From positions 1-30,501 of the forward strand of contig JBDRIG010000079.1 of the NCBI GenBank assembly GCA_043816185.1: a DNA stretch of 30,501 bases, read 5' to 3'. The notes beneath the pieces were generated by a model, which saw only the letters and a list, made by a program, of their open reading frames with translations, did no database searches and had not been told where the DNA came from. Made by a program: the position numbers and the translations under genes. Below, one piece after another: positions 9,914-19,214 of this stretch (position 1 is its first letter; the number at the start of each line of letters is the position of its first letter). The DNA is from Elusimicrobiota bacterium. Its GTDB lineage: Bacteria; Elusimicrobiota; UBA8919.

Positions 9914-10909
9914 ATGTATAATTTTAAGAAAGTAATTGTTACTGGTGCAAACGGATTTATTGGCCGCAATTTGTGCGCTTTTTTAAAAGAAAAAGGATAT
10001 TTTGTCCGGGGGGCTGTGCCTGATAATGTGCGCGATGTTTCCGGGGTTGATGAATATGTTCAAGTGGGGGATATAAATGAGTCAACTGATTGGACAAGAG
10101 CTCTTCAAGGTGTTGATTTTGTGGTTCATTTGGCCGGCCGTGCGCATGTAATGGATGAATGCGAGACAGATCCTGCCGCTATATATCATCGGGTTAATGT
10201 TTTAGCTACTCGGCGATTAGCAGAACAGGCGGTGCAGAGCGGAGTAAAGCGGTTCATTTTTCTCAGTTCGGTTAAGGTGAACGGTGAAAATACTGCACGT
10301 CAATCTTCAGCACGAAATAGCGTCTTTACTGAAGAAAGCCAACCGGATCCCAAGGGTTATTATGCAATCTCTAAACTTGAAGCTGAAGAAAAAATAATCT
10401 CCGTTTGCCGCAAGTCCAATATGCAGGAAGTAATTTTGCGGTTACCGTTAGTGTACGGTCCCGGAGTTAAAGCTAATTTTTTGCAGCTAATCCGACTGGT
10501 AGATAAGGGTATGCCTTTTCCTTTTGGTTCGGTATCCAATAAACGCAGTTTTATTTACACCGGCAACCTGTGCGATATTATCGGATTGTGCCTTATTCAT
10601 CCGTCCGCCGCAAGGCAGTTGTTTTTGGTTAGTGACGGAGTTGATATATCTACGCCACAGCTGATTGCTATAATTGCCGAAGGGTTAAAAAAGAAGGTTC
10701 TTTTATTGCCCTGCCCTGTCTTTATGTTGCGGGTTATCGGATTGTTTACCGGAAAATCGGATTCGATTAGAAGGCTAACTGATTCACTTTGCGTACAGAC
10801 CGCAAAACTTACAAATCTTACGGGCTGGAAACCGCGTTTTTCAGTTGAAGAGGGGATAGCGGGAACCGTTCGTTTCTATAAGGATACAGAGAATGAAAAG
10901 AGCGTTTGA
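9914..10909 (+). CDS. NAD-dependent epimerase/4-reductase (WbpV/WbpK-like SDR)
   Basis: VTGANGFIG, VVHLAGRAHVM, SSVKVNGE, YAISK (YxxxK), R.PLVYGPGVKANF. Confidence 0.85.
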   Translation: MYNFKKVIVTGANGFIGRNLCAFLKEKGYFVRGAVPDNVRDVSGVDEYVQVGDINESTDWTRALQGVDFVVHLAGRAHVMDECETDPAAIYHRVNVLATRRLAEQAVQSGVKRFIFLSSVKVNGENTARQSSARNSVFTEESQPDPKGYYAISKLEAEEKIISVCRKSNMQEVILRLPLVYGPGVKANFLQLIRLVDKGMPFPFGSVSNKRSFIYTGNLCDIIGLCLIHPSAARQLFLVSDGVDISTPQLIAIIAEGLKKKVLLLPCPVFMLRVIGLFTGKSDSIRRLTDSLCVQTAKLTNLTGWKPRFSVEEGIAGTVRFYKDTENEKSV

Positions 10910-11453
10910 TATGATTCTTTCTTTTGTTCTGATGATGATTTTGCTCATCCCTATGCTGGTTGTTGCCTTTTTGATTAAGTTAAATTCCAAGGGACCGGTT
11001 ATTTTCTGGACAAATCGGGTTGGTAGGAATAATCGTATTTTCAAGATGGCTAAATTCAGGACAATGAAAATAGATACTCCTCAAGTAGCCACGCACTTAA
11101 TGAAAAATCCAGAAGTTTACTTAACCTCAATCGGGGCATTCTTGCGTGCGTACAGTATTGACGAAATTCCACAACTTTTAAATATTCTAAAAGGCGATAT
11201 GAGTTTTGTTGGACCTCGCCCGGCATTGTTTAATCAGAATGATTTGGTTGAATTACGAACTAAAAAAAATATTCATACCTTGGTTCCGGGGATTACTGGT
11301 TGGGCACAGGTAAACGGTAGAGATGATTTGCCAATTCCCGTAAAAGTATCTTTTGAAGAATATTATTTCAATCATCACTCTTTTGTTTTTGATATTTACA
11401 TTATTCTTTTAACCGCCATAAAAGTTATTAAAAGAGAAGGTGTCCAGCATTGA
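10893..11453 (+). CDS. Monotopic phosphoglycosyl transferase (bacterial sugar transferase, initiating enzyme)
   Basis: [44 protein letters not shown]. Confidence 0.92.
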   Translation: MKRAFDMILSFVLMMILLIPMLVVAFLIKLNSKGPVIFWTNRVGRNNRIFKMAKFRTMKIDTPQVATHLMKNPEVYLTSIGAFLRAYSIDEIPQLLNILKGDMSFVGPRPALFNQNDLVELRTKKNIHTLVPGITGWAQVNGRDDLPIPVKVSFEEYYFNHHSFVFDIYIILLTAIKVIKREGVQH

Positions 11454-11475
11454 AAAATGTTATCAAAACAATTGC

Positions 11476-11503
11476 TTGACAAAATAAAAAGATTATATAC
11501 AAT
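11476..11503 (+). promoter_or_regulatory. Sigma70-type promoter of the abiE operon
   Basis: TTGACA (11476-11481), 16 nt spacer, TACAAT (11498-11503). Confidence 0.7.
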
Positions 11504-11504
11504 C

Positions 11505-11542
11505 ATTTCCGTAAACATACATTTTTGTATGTTATCAGAAAT
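11505..11542. promoter_or_regulatory. Inverted-repeat operator, probable AbiEi autorepression site
   Basis: ATTTCCGTAAACATACA-TTTT-TGTATGTTATCAGAAAT. The 17-bp arms match at 14/17 with a perfect inner 8 bp, and lie between the -10 box and the ATG. Confidence 0.7.
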
Positions 11543-11544
11543 AT

Positions 11545-12174
11545 ATGAAATTTGAAGAATTCAGGAAAACTGTAAAATGTCTACCTATTATTAAAAATGA
11601 CTATCTCAAACAACTTAACCGGCATAATCTGTTTTTCAACATTCAGTTGGAAAGATGGGTTAAAAAGGGCTATGTTATTAGTTTAAGAAAAAATTTCTAT
11701 TTATTAAACAACGAGGATAAGAAAGACAATCCGTCAAAGATGTTTATTGCAAAAGAAATTTATAGTCCTTCATATATCAGTTTGGAATATGCACTTTCAA
11801 TTTACGGTTTAATTCCAGAAAGAACTATGGATATTACTTCGGTTAGCACAAAAAAAACAAATAAATTTGAAAATAAATTTGGGACTTTTATTTATCAACA
11901 TATTAAGGAAAACTGCTTCACGGGATTTGTTGAAAAAAAAGACGAAACCGGTTTGGTATATTTTATTGCAACTCCGGAAAAAGCGGTTGCCGATTTTTTA
12001 TATCTGAATAAGAACAGGTTTGATAAAAATTACAGAGATATTCTTAAAGAATCATTCCGTTTTCAGAATACCGACTCGCTAAATAGAAGGAAGTTTAAAT
12101 TTTATGTCAAATTATTTTCCAACCAGAAATTGAGTCAAATTGCAGAATGTTTTTTGAAACTTGACGATTTTTAG
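11545..12174 (+). CDS. abiEi: Type IV TA antitoxin, AbiEi family
   Basis: N-terminal wHTH (L.RW.KKG..I.LRK..Y), PSYISLEYALS.YGLIPE and IATPEKA..D.LYL. Confidence 0.88.
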   Translation: MKFEEFRKTVKCLPIIKNDYLKQLNRHNLFFNIQLERWVKKGYVISLRKNFYLLNNEDKKDNPSKMFIAKEIYSPSYISLEYALSIYGLIPERTMDITSVSTKKTNKFENKFGTFIYQHIKENCFTGFVEKKDETGLVYFIATPEKAVADFLYLNKNRFDKNYRDILKESFRFQNTDSLNRRKFKFYVKLFSNQKLSQIAECFLKLDDF

Positions 12175-12184
12175 AGTGAACAAA

Positions 12185-12988
12185 ATGTATGAACTCCTGA
12201 AAGAAAAATTTAAAAATGTCGTTGATATAGAAGAAAAAACAAATAAGGTACGGGAATATTTGCAGATTCTTTCATTAAAAATTTTGTTTGACCATAATTT
12301 TTTTGATAATTCAGCATTTGTCTGCGGCACAGCATTACGAATTATTTATGATTTGCGGAGATTCAGTGAGGATTTGGATTTCTGTCTAATCAATAAAAAA
12401 AACTATTCTTTTGGAAATATTATCGATGTTCTGGGGAAAGAATTAAACCGTTACGGGTTGAAGGTTGAATCTACAAAAAAAGAGAACAATACTGTCAATG
12501 TCTGTATGTTGAAATTCACCGATTTACTAAACGAACTTAAAATCAGTAGTATTAAAGGGCAAAAACTTTCAATTAAAATTGAAATTGATACAAATACGCC
12601 GCATGGATGGGAAACGATGCTTACACCGATAAACAAATCGTTTATGTTTGCGATTAGACATTTTGACCTATCGTCTTTATATGCCACAAAACTGCATGCA
12701 TGTTTTTACAGGAAGTATACAAAAGGTCGGGATTTTTATGATCTCGTTTGGTATCTTGGCAAAAAAACTGTTCCTAATTTTAAGTTATTGAATAATGCCA
12801 TAAAGCAGACGGAAGATAAAAGTTTGAATATCAACAAAAATAATTTCAAAGAATTCTTAAGCAAAAATATTGAAAAAGTGGACTTTAAAGTCATAAAAAA
12901 AGATGTAGAACATTTTCTGGAAGACAAAAACGAATTGAAACTTTTGGAAAAGAATATTATTTTGCAATTAGTGGACAGCGTTATATGA
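12185..12988 (+). CDS. abiEii: Type IV TA toxin, AbiEii/DUF1814 nucleotidyltransferase
   Basis: REYLQ, F.(C)GTALR...RFSEDLDF, IKIEIDTN, K.HA...R...KGRD.YDL.WY. Start set at ATG 12185. Confidence 0.88.
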   Translation: MYELLKEKFKNVVDIEEKTNKVREYLQILSLKILFDHNFFDNSAFVCGTALRIIYDLRRFSEDLDFCLINKKNYSFGNIIDVLGKELNRYGLKVESTKKENNTVNVCMLKFTDLLNELKISSIKGQKLSIKIEIDTNTPHGWETMLTPINKSFMFAIRHFDLSSLYATKLHACFYRKYTKGRDFYDLVWYLGKKTVPNFKLLNNAIKQTEDKSLNINKNNFKEFLSKNIEKVDFKVIKKDVEHFLEDKNELKLLEKNIILQLVDSVI

Positions 12989-14829
12989 ACACAAAAAAAA
13001 TAATTATTAATTTACGAAGGCCTTTGATTGTGCTGTTTCATTTGTGTCTTATTATTATTGCGTATTTTATTGCATTTTATTTGCGGTTTGAGTTCAAACT
13101 TTTACCCGAATACTATAATCTCATACTGAGAACCCTGCCGCTTTTGATTATCATAAAACTTCTTTTCTTTTATTTTTTCGGGTTGTTCAGTGGCTTATGG
13201 AGATATGTAAGTATTAGTGATTTATGGAATATAATACTTGCCAATTTTCTTTCTGGTTGCGCCTTTGCTTTATCAATATTTTTTTATCATACTTTTGTTG
13301 GATATCCTCGCTCCGTCTTTATAATTGATTTTATTTTGTGCACATCTTTTGTAGCAGGTGTGAGATTTTTTACTCGTTTGATAAGAGAGAAATTTAAATC
13401 TGAGATATTGATAAGAAAAAAGAATGTTTTGGTTATAGGTGCCGGCCATGCGGGCATAGCGGTTTTGCGTGAATGTCAAAATAATCAACTGGCTGGTTTG
13501 GACGTAGTCGGTTTTATTGACGACGATGCTAATAAAAAAGGGCTTTCAATATTTGGTTTAAAAATTTTTGGTGGAAGAAAAATTATACCTGATATCGTCT
13601 CAAAATATAGTGTAGAAGAAATAATTTTAGCGATACCGTCTACAAAAGGCGAGGCGATAAGAGATATTCTCTCTTATTGTGAAATGACAGACGCAAGCAT
13701 AAAAATCGTGCCTGGGTTTGACAAAATAATATCAGGGCACCTCGAAGTGAAGCCGCGTAAGGTTCAACCAGACGACTTATTGGGCAGAGAGTCGGTAAAA
13801 ATAGATGAAACAAGGATAAGTTCCTATCTAAAAGGTAAACGAGTTTTGGTTACAGGTGCTGGTGGCTCAATCGGTTCGGAGTTGTGTCGTCAGATAGCAA
13901 AGTTCTCGCCAGAAATTTTAATTCTTTTAGATAATCATGAAAATTATGTTTATTATCTTGGAGTTGAATTTTTTACCATGAACCCTCAATTAAAATATAA
14001 AACAATTATCGGGGATATAAAAGATGTTGGGCTGTTGAGGCATTTATTTTTTATCTACAAACCGGAAGTTGTTTTTCATGCAGCAGCACACAAGCATGTG
14101 CCTTTAATGGAAGAAAATCCGATAGCGGCCGTTATGAACAATATCGTTGGTAGTCGCAATCTCATCTATGCTTCACATCACTACAAAGTTGAACGGTTCG
14201 TTTTTATTTCTACCGATAAAGCGGTTAATCCAGCGAATGTTATGGGTGCTACAAAAAGAGTAGCAGAAAAGATTTTACAGGCAAAAGCAGGATTCAGCAA
14301 AACAAAATTTTTAGCGGTTCGATTTGGTAATGTTCTTGGCTCAACTGGGAGTGTAATCCCCTTGTTTAAAAAACAGATTGAAAACGGAGGTCCAGTAACA
14401 GTAACTCATCCAGACGTAAAAAGATATTTTATGAGCATTCCAGAAGCGGCGCAACTTGTATTACAGGCAGGTGCGATGGGTTCTGGTGCTGGCGAAATTT
14501 TTATTCTGGATATGGGCGAGCAAATTAAAATTATTGATTTGGCAAAAAACCTTATTGCACTTTCGGGGCTTAAACTGGATATAGATATTTCAATTAAATA
14601 TGTCGGACTTCGTCCTGGGGAAAAACTTTATGAAGAAATACTTTTAGACAAAGAAAAGGATAAAACTACGAAACATGAAAAAATATATATAACCACCCCA
14701 GAAGGCTTGGACCCATCTAAAATTAGGAAAGATATAAGGGAATTGGAATATTTTGCCGTGACGATGGATGAGGAAAAAATCTTAAAAAAACTAAGAGAGA
14801 TGGTACCAAATTATGTACCCGCGAATTGA
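12985..14829 (+). CDS. wbpM: Membrane-bound UDP-GlcNAc 4,6-dehydratase (WbpM/PglF/CapD)
   Basis: Four N-terminal TMs, IGAG.AG, VTGAGGSIGSELCRQ, HAAAHKHVPLME, STDKAVNP.NVMGATKR, GLRPGEKLYEE. Confidence 0.93.
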   Translation: MNTKKIIINLRRPLIVLFHLCLIIIAYFIAFYLRFEFKLLPEYYNLILRTLPLLIIIKLLFFYFFGLFSGLWRYVSISDLWNIILANFLSGCAFALSIFFYHTFVGYPRSVFIIDFILCTSFVAGVRFFTRLIREKFKSEILIRKKNVLVIGAGHAGIAVLRECQNNQLAGLDVVGFIDDDANKKGLSIFGLKIFGGRKIIPDIVSKYSVEEIILAIPSTKGEAIRDILSYCEMTDASIKIVPGFDKIISGHLEVKPRKVQPDDLLGRESVKIDETRISSYLKGKRVLVTGAGGSIGSELCRQIAKFSPEILILLDNHENYVYYLGVEFFTMNPQLKYKTIIGDIKDVGLLRHLFFIYKPEVVFHAAAHKHVPLMEENPIAAVMNNIVGSRNLIYASHHYKVERFVFISTDKAVNPANVMGATKRVAEKILQAKAGFSKTKFLAVRFGNVLGSTGSVIPLFKKQIENGGPVTVTHPDVKRYFMSIPEAAQLVLQAGAMGSGAGEIFILDMGEQIKIIDLAKNLIALSGLKLDIDISIKYVGLRPGEKLYEEILLDKEKDKTTKHEKIYITTPEGLDPSKIRKDIRELEYFAVTMDEEKILKKLREMVPNYVPAN

Positions 14830-16120
14830 TAAAAAAAAATACACCGACGTTGTTTTTATACTTCTTATTATTTATGGCGTGAGTACCTCTTTATCTATTG
14901 CCGTTACCAATATTATTCTTGGATTATTGATTTTGATTGTTTTAATAAATTTTGTATTGGGAAAGAAATTTTTTTCAACTTGGGAGGGCTTACCGCTACT
15001 TTATCTCTATTTTTGGAGGGCATTAAGAGTTTTTTTTAATCTATCAAATTGGGTCAAATATGGAGGGAAATTTTGGGCACATTTACCATATTTTATTATC
15101 CCACAACTAAATGTTAAGAAAATAAAAATAATTATTTATTCCACTTTGAGTGTTGCTTCTTTCATTGCGATACTTGGCATTCTACAATATATTTTTAATT
15201 TTAATTATCCATTTTTGAAAAACCAACCATTTGTTAATTGCAGATTTATCGGTCTAAATTTCAGAAATGCTTTACATACTGGAGGATATTATAGTATAAT
15301 AGCAACAGTATCTTTTGTATTTTTTTGTTGCTCAAAAGAAAATACGAAAATAAAAATTTGTTTATTTATTTTAACACTAATTAATTTTGTTGCTATTGGT
15401 TTAAACTATTCCAGAACATATTATGTGGCAATTTTAGCTACGGGACTATTGATATTATTGAGAGAAAAAATAAAATGGCTTATTTTTGGAACAGGGTTAG
15501 TTTTTCTTTTATTTATTGGTATATTTAAATATTCTTATACCTTGAAAAATAAAGTTACAAGCATATTTGATACAAAAGAAAACCTCAGTAATGTTATGCG
15601 TCTATGGATGTGGGGGACAGCGTTGAAAATAATGAAAGAACATCCTATAATCGGTGTCGGTTATGGGAATTGGGAGAAGGAAGTAAAAATATATTTTGAA
15701 AATGAAAAAGAGCAATATCCGTTGTTATGGATTATTTCTCGTAGCTATAAGGTAGGCCGTAGCGAAAAAGGTATATTAAACGTATTCAAAAGCCACCCAC
15801 ACAACACATATCTCAATGTTGGTGTTAGCGAGGGCTTGATTGGTTTAATTCTTTTTGTTTTATTTTGGTTTGGCAATTCCATAATGGCGTTTAAGCGTGC
15901 ACGAATGACCGAAAAAGGCAGTACTACTTATGCATTAAATCTTGCTGTTGGGTATTCTATCATAATGTTGATGATTGCAGGTTTTTTTGAAAATAATTTA
16001 ACAACCGCACGGATATTATTACCGATTACTTTTTTAATGGGACTGTCGTATACAGACACAGATAAATACAGGGATAATGAAATTATGGAAAAAAAGCGAA
16101 AAATGACAATAGAGCGATGA
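14813..16120 (+). CDS. waaL: O-antigen ligase family protein
   Basis: Polytopic, with SRT motif, R..MW..A......HPIIGVG.G and HPHNTYL...S.G.IG. Confidence 0.8.
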   Translation: MYPRIDKKKYTDVVFILLIIYGVSTSLSIAVTNIILGLLILIVLINFVLGKKFFSTWEGLPLLYLYFWRALRVFFNLSNWVKYGGKFWAHLPYFIIPQLNVKKIKIIIYSTLSVASFIAILGILQYIFNFNYPFLKNQPFVNCRFIGLNFRNALHTGGYYSIIATVSFVFFCCSKENTKIKICLFILTLINFVAIGLNYSRTYYVAILATGLLILLREKIKWLIFGTGLVFLLFIGIFKYSYTLKNKVTSIFDTKENLSNVMRLWMWGTALKIMKEHPIIGVGYGNWEKEVKIYFENEKEQYPLLWIISRSYKVGRSEKGILNVFKSHPHNTYLNVGVSEGLIGLILFVLFWFGNSIMAFKRARMTEKGSTTYALNLAVGYSIIMLMIAGFFENNLTTARILLPITFLMGLSYTDTDKYRDNEIMEKKRKMTIER

Positions 16121-16178
16121 GTAAACTTGTATAGTTATATCAGCACACAATCGCATTATAGTATTACAGACCTCTGGG

Positions 16179-16215
16179 CAAGAAAGCCCCCGACTTTAGT
16201 CGTGGAGAGTGTCAA
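16179..16215 (+). mobile_element. Solitary IS200/IS605-family right end (hairpin + TCAA)
   Basis: caagaaagcccccgactttagtcgtggagagtgtcaa matches the typical AAGCCCxCGACTTTAGTCGxGG subterminal hairpin, followed by TCAA. No tnpA or tnpB nearby. Confidence 0.65.
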
Positions 16216-16280
16216 TTCAATATAAAGTGGGTTGTTTGGTAGGTATTGTTCGTGTAGTGAAGCGATTAGGAGAAATAAAA

Positions 16281-17264
16281 ATGAACAAGTATAAATTGGT
16301 GCAGATCTGTCTGTGTATATCCGTATTCGTGTTTTATTCGTGTGCAGCTATGTTATGTTCCGAGTCAGAAAGTAGATTTAGTATGGCTCTAACGGACGAA
16401 AAAACAGCGGTGTGTTTGCCAGTTGATGGATGGGATATACAATCGCTCACCTCGGAAAGTGATGAGGAGGGAGAGTACGCTGCTATGTATCTTGATAATA
16501 ATTTTCCTCATCTTTCGTTCTGTAGCAAAAAAGGTGTTGGCTATATGAAATGGACAGGAAATTCGTGGGAGAAACAGTATATTCCCTCTAACGGTGAAAT
16601 ATATAAATTCACATCTATGGTGGTTAGCAATAACTTTCCACATATAGCGTATTACGATTGCACCAACGGTGACTTAAAATATGCTCGATGGACTGGTTCG
16701 TCGTGGGATATTCAGGTAGTCGATTCAATAGGTCAAGTCGGTAAATATACCTCTATTGTGATTGATGACGACAATTTTCCACACATAGCATATCACGATT
16801 GCACCAACGGTGACTTAAAATATGCTCGATGGGCTGGTTCATCGTGGGATATTCAAACAGTTGATTCGATAGGCATAGTTGGTGAGGATACTTCCATAGC
16901 GATTAGTAACAATTTTCCGCATATAGCGTATTACGATACTACTAACGGTGACTTAAAATATGCTCGATGGACTGGTTCGTCGTGGGATATTCAGACGGTC
17001 GATTCAACAGATCAAGTTGGCGAATATACATCAATAGTTGTGGATGCAAATAATTATCCACATATTTCGTACTACGGTAATTCCGATCTTAAATATGCTT
17101 ATTGGTCAGGTTCTGGGTGGAAAATTCAAACTATTGATGCGGAAGGTATTGTTGGGCTTGATACCTTCATAATGTTTGACAAACAAGGACGTCTGCATAT
17201 TTCTTATTACAATTATTCAAAAAAAGTATTAAAATATGCTGTTACTACGCTAAACAGTAAATAA
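16281..17264 (+). CDS. Secreted/lipoprotein with about 45-aa internal repeats (probable beta-propeller)
   Basis: RBS AGGAG before ATG 16281, hydrophobic signal with possible lipobox (FYSC), and repeated PHIAYYDxTNGDLKYARWTGSSWDIQTVDSxGxVGxxTSI units. Confidence 0.75.
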   Translation: MNKYKLVQICLCISVFVFYSCAAMLCSESESRFSMALTDEKTAVCLPVDGWDIQSLTSESDEEGEYAAMYLDNNFPHLSFCSKKGVGYMKWTGNSWEKQYIPSNGEIYKFTSMVVSNNFPHIAYYDCTNGDLKYARWTGSSWDIQVVDSIGQVGKYTSIVIDDDNFPHIAYHDCTNGDLKYARWAGSSWDIQTVDSIGIVGEDTSIAISNNFPHIAYYDTTNGDLKYARWTGSSWDIQTVDSTDQVGEYTSIVVDANNYPHISYYGNSDLKYAYWSGSGWKIQTIDAEGIVGLDTFIMFDKQGRLHISYYNYSKKVLKYAVTTLNSK

Positions 17265-17281
17265 AAGTAAATTTTAACAAT

Positions 17282-18025
17282 ATGGATAATAAATACTTGG
17301 TTATAATTCCCACATATAATGAAAAAGAAAATATTGAAAAAATAATTACGCAAGTGATACAACTGGGTTTTTGTGTGTTAGTTATTGATGACAACTCTTC
17401 CGACGGGACTGGCGAAATTTTAGATAAATTACGAGCTACAAGCTGTTCTTCCAGCCTTGCAAATGCAACACCAAACATTGGAATTTTTAACAAATTACAA
17501 GTCATACATCGTGAAAAAAAATTAGGTCTTGGTACCGCATACATTCGAGGTTTTAAATGGGCATTAGAAGGAGATTTTGATTTTATTTTTACGATGGATG
17601 CCGATTTTTCACATAATCCTCAATACTTTTTAGAATTCATAAAAAAACTGGAAGTTTGTGATTTGGTTGTTGGCTCTAGGTATACAAAAGGTGGGGGCAA
17701 TTCAATGCCTATTCGAAGAAAAATCATATCTCGTCTGGGCAACCTCTATGCAAAAACAATCCTACAAATTCCTATCAGCGATTGCACTTCTGGATTTATG
17801 GGTTTTCGCCGCAAAGTGCTTGAAAAAATAAATCTTGACGAGGTAAAATCTGAGGGATACGGATTTTTAGTAGAAATGAAATACAGGATATATAAACTTG
17901 GCTATAAAATTTTAGAATGTCCAATATTTTTCTCCGACAGAGTGCAAGGTATTTCAAAAATTTCAAAAAATATTATTTGGGAAGCGATTTTTTTAGTGTG
18001 GAAATTAAAGATAAAATATTTATGA
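17282..18025 (+). CDS. Polyprenol monophosphomannose synthase (DPM1-like GT2)
   Basis: IPTYNEKEN, IDDNSSDGT, KLGLGTAY..GF, MDADFSHNP, D.TSGF, SEGYGF..EMK, F.DR..G.SK. Confidence 0.9.
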   Translation: MDNKYLVIIPTYNEKENIEKIITQVIQLGFCVLVIDDNSSDGTGEILDKLRATSCSSSLANATPNIGIFNKLQVIHREKKLGLGTAYIRGFKWALEGDFDFIFTMDADFSHNPQYFLEFIKKLEVCDLVVGSRYTKGGGNSMPIRRKIISRLGNLYAKTILQIPISDCTSGFMGFRRKVLEKINLDEVKSEGYGFLVEMKYRIYKLGYKILECPIFFSDRVQGISKISKNIIWEAIFLVWKLKIKYL

Positions 18026-18111
18026 CGAACAAAAAACGAAAAAATTTGGTAATTGGTGGGACAGAATTTATTCAATTTCTCATAAATCCCATTCCTGATC
18101 GCAGGAGTTGA
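18022..18111 (+). pseudogene. Relic 5' end of an NAD-dependent epimerase gene
   Basis: ATGA-coupled to the upstream stop. MTNKKRKNLVIGGTEFI parallels MSKKKCILVTGGAGFI, then runs into repeat sequence. Confidence 0.5.
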
Positions 18112-18116
18112 ATTAA

Positions 18117-18248
18117 CAGATTGTATCGCAATCCACTTTTTTGTCATTGCGAGATCTTGTCTGTCGTCCCGAGGGAGCGCAGCAACCGAGGGATCCAGTC
18201 TTCGTCGTCCATTCGGGGTTTCTCGCAATAACATTGTGATATAGTTTG
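18117..18248. mobile_element. Degenerate MITE (family B) with nested REP-like palindromes
   Basis: Ends cagattgtatcgcaat...attgtgatatagtttg match the TIR seen at 30388/30489. Inside, tgtcattgcgag(18142)...ctcgcaataaca(18233) encloses tgtcgtcccgagggagcgcagcaaccgagggatcc. Confidence 0.65.
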
Positions 18249-18263
18249 AAGCAGGAGTTTCTA

Positions 18264-19214
18264 ATGTCTAAAAAAAAATGTATATTGGTTACAGGGGGAG
18301 CAGGATTTATTGGTTCAAACATAGCTGATGCATATATTCAGCAAGGCAATAATGTAGTTATTATTGATAATTTATCAACGGGAAAAAAGGAAAATATAAA
18401 CCCAAAAGCAAAATTTTACAACGCAGATATCAAAGACGAAAAAAAGATTAAACAAATATTTGAAAATGAAAAGCCCGATATTGTAAATCATCATGCTGCA
18501 CAGATAGACGTAAGAAAATCTGTTGCTAATCCAATTCTTGACGCACAAATAAATATTATTGGTACTATAAATCTTCTTGAAAATGCTGTTAAATGTAAGA
18601 TAAAAAAATTTATTTTTGCTTCCTCAGGTGGCGTTATGTATGGTGAATGTAAAAAAATTCCTCCGACAGAAAACGAAAAACCCGAGCCACTTTCGCCGTA
18701 CGGAATAACCAAACATACTATCGAGCATTACTTAAATTATTATTCAGAAATACATGGACTAAAATATGTTGCCTTTCGTTATGGCAATGTTTATGGACCG
18801 CGTCAAGATCCACACGGTGAGGCAGGTGTCGTTGCAATTCTCATCAACAGAATTTTATCCAACACAAAAATAAATATTTTTGGCAATGGCGAGCAACTGC
18901 GGGATTATGTTTTTGTTTCCGATATTGCTATTGCCAATTTGATTGCACTTAGAAAAGGAGAAAACGAAATTTTTAATATAGGGACAGGCGAAACAAAATC
19001 TGTTAACCAACTTTTTTGTGAACTTTCGAAAGTAGCAGGATATTTACAAAAGCCCGTCTACAAACCACATAGGGCAGGCGAGTTATTTAAAAGTTCGCTT
19101 AATACAAAAAAGGCAAAAGAAAAACTTGGCTGGTCGGCAAAGATTAAGCTTAACGAGGGTTTAAAGAAAACTTATGAATACTTTAAAACCCGAAACGAAT
19201 ATTTTAAAACCTGA
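18264..19214 (+). CDS. NAD-dependent epimerase (UDP-glucose 4-epimerase-like)
   Basis: VTGGAGFIGS, HHAAQIDVRKSV, ASSGG, SPYGITK, RYGNVYGPRQDPHGEAGVV. Start ATG 18264 after AGGAG. Confidence 0.9.
   Translation: MSKKKCILVTGGAGFIGSNIADAYIQQGNNVVIIDNLSTGKKENINPKAKFYNADIKDEKKIKQIFENEKPDIVNHHAAQIDVRKSVANPILDAQINIIGTINLLENAVKCKIKKFIFASSGGVMYGECKKIPPTENEKPEPLSPYGITKHTIEHYLNYYSEIHGLKYVAFRYGNVYGPRQDPHGEAGVVAILINRILSNTKINIFGNGEQLRDYVFVSDIAIANLIALRKGENEIFNIGTGETKSVNQLFCELSKVAGYLQKPVYKPHRAGELFKSSLNTKKAKEKLGWSAKIKLNEGLKKTYEYFKTRNEYFKT

Noticed and set aside
15715..15790. Longer periplasmic loop in WaaL as another repeat insertion
   Set aside because: This loop is naturally variable and I see no clear match to the repeat families.
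16630..17110. Near-identical repeats as a DGR template/variable pair or CRISPR array
   Set aside because: The repeats are in-frame protein repeats, the differences are not adenine-specific, and there is no reverse transcriptase or cas gene.
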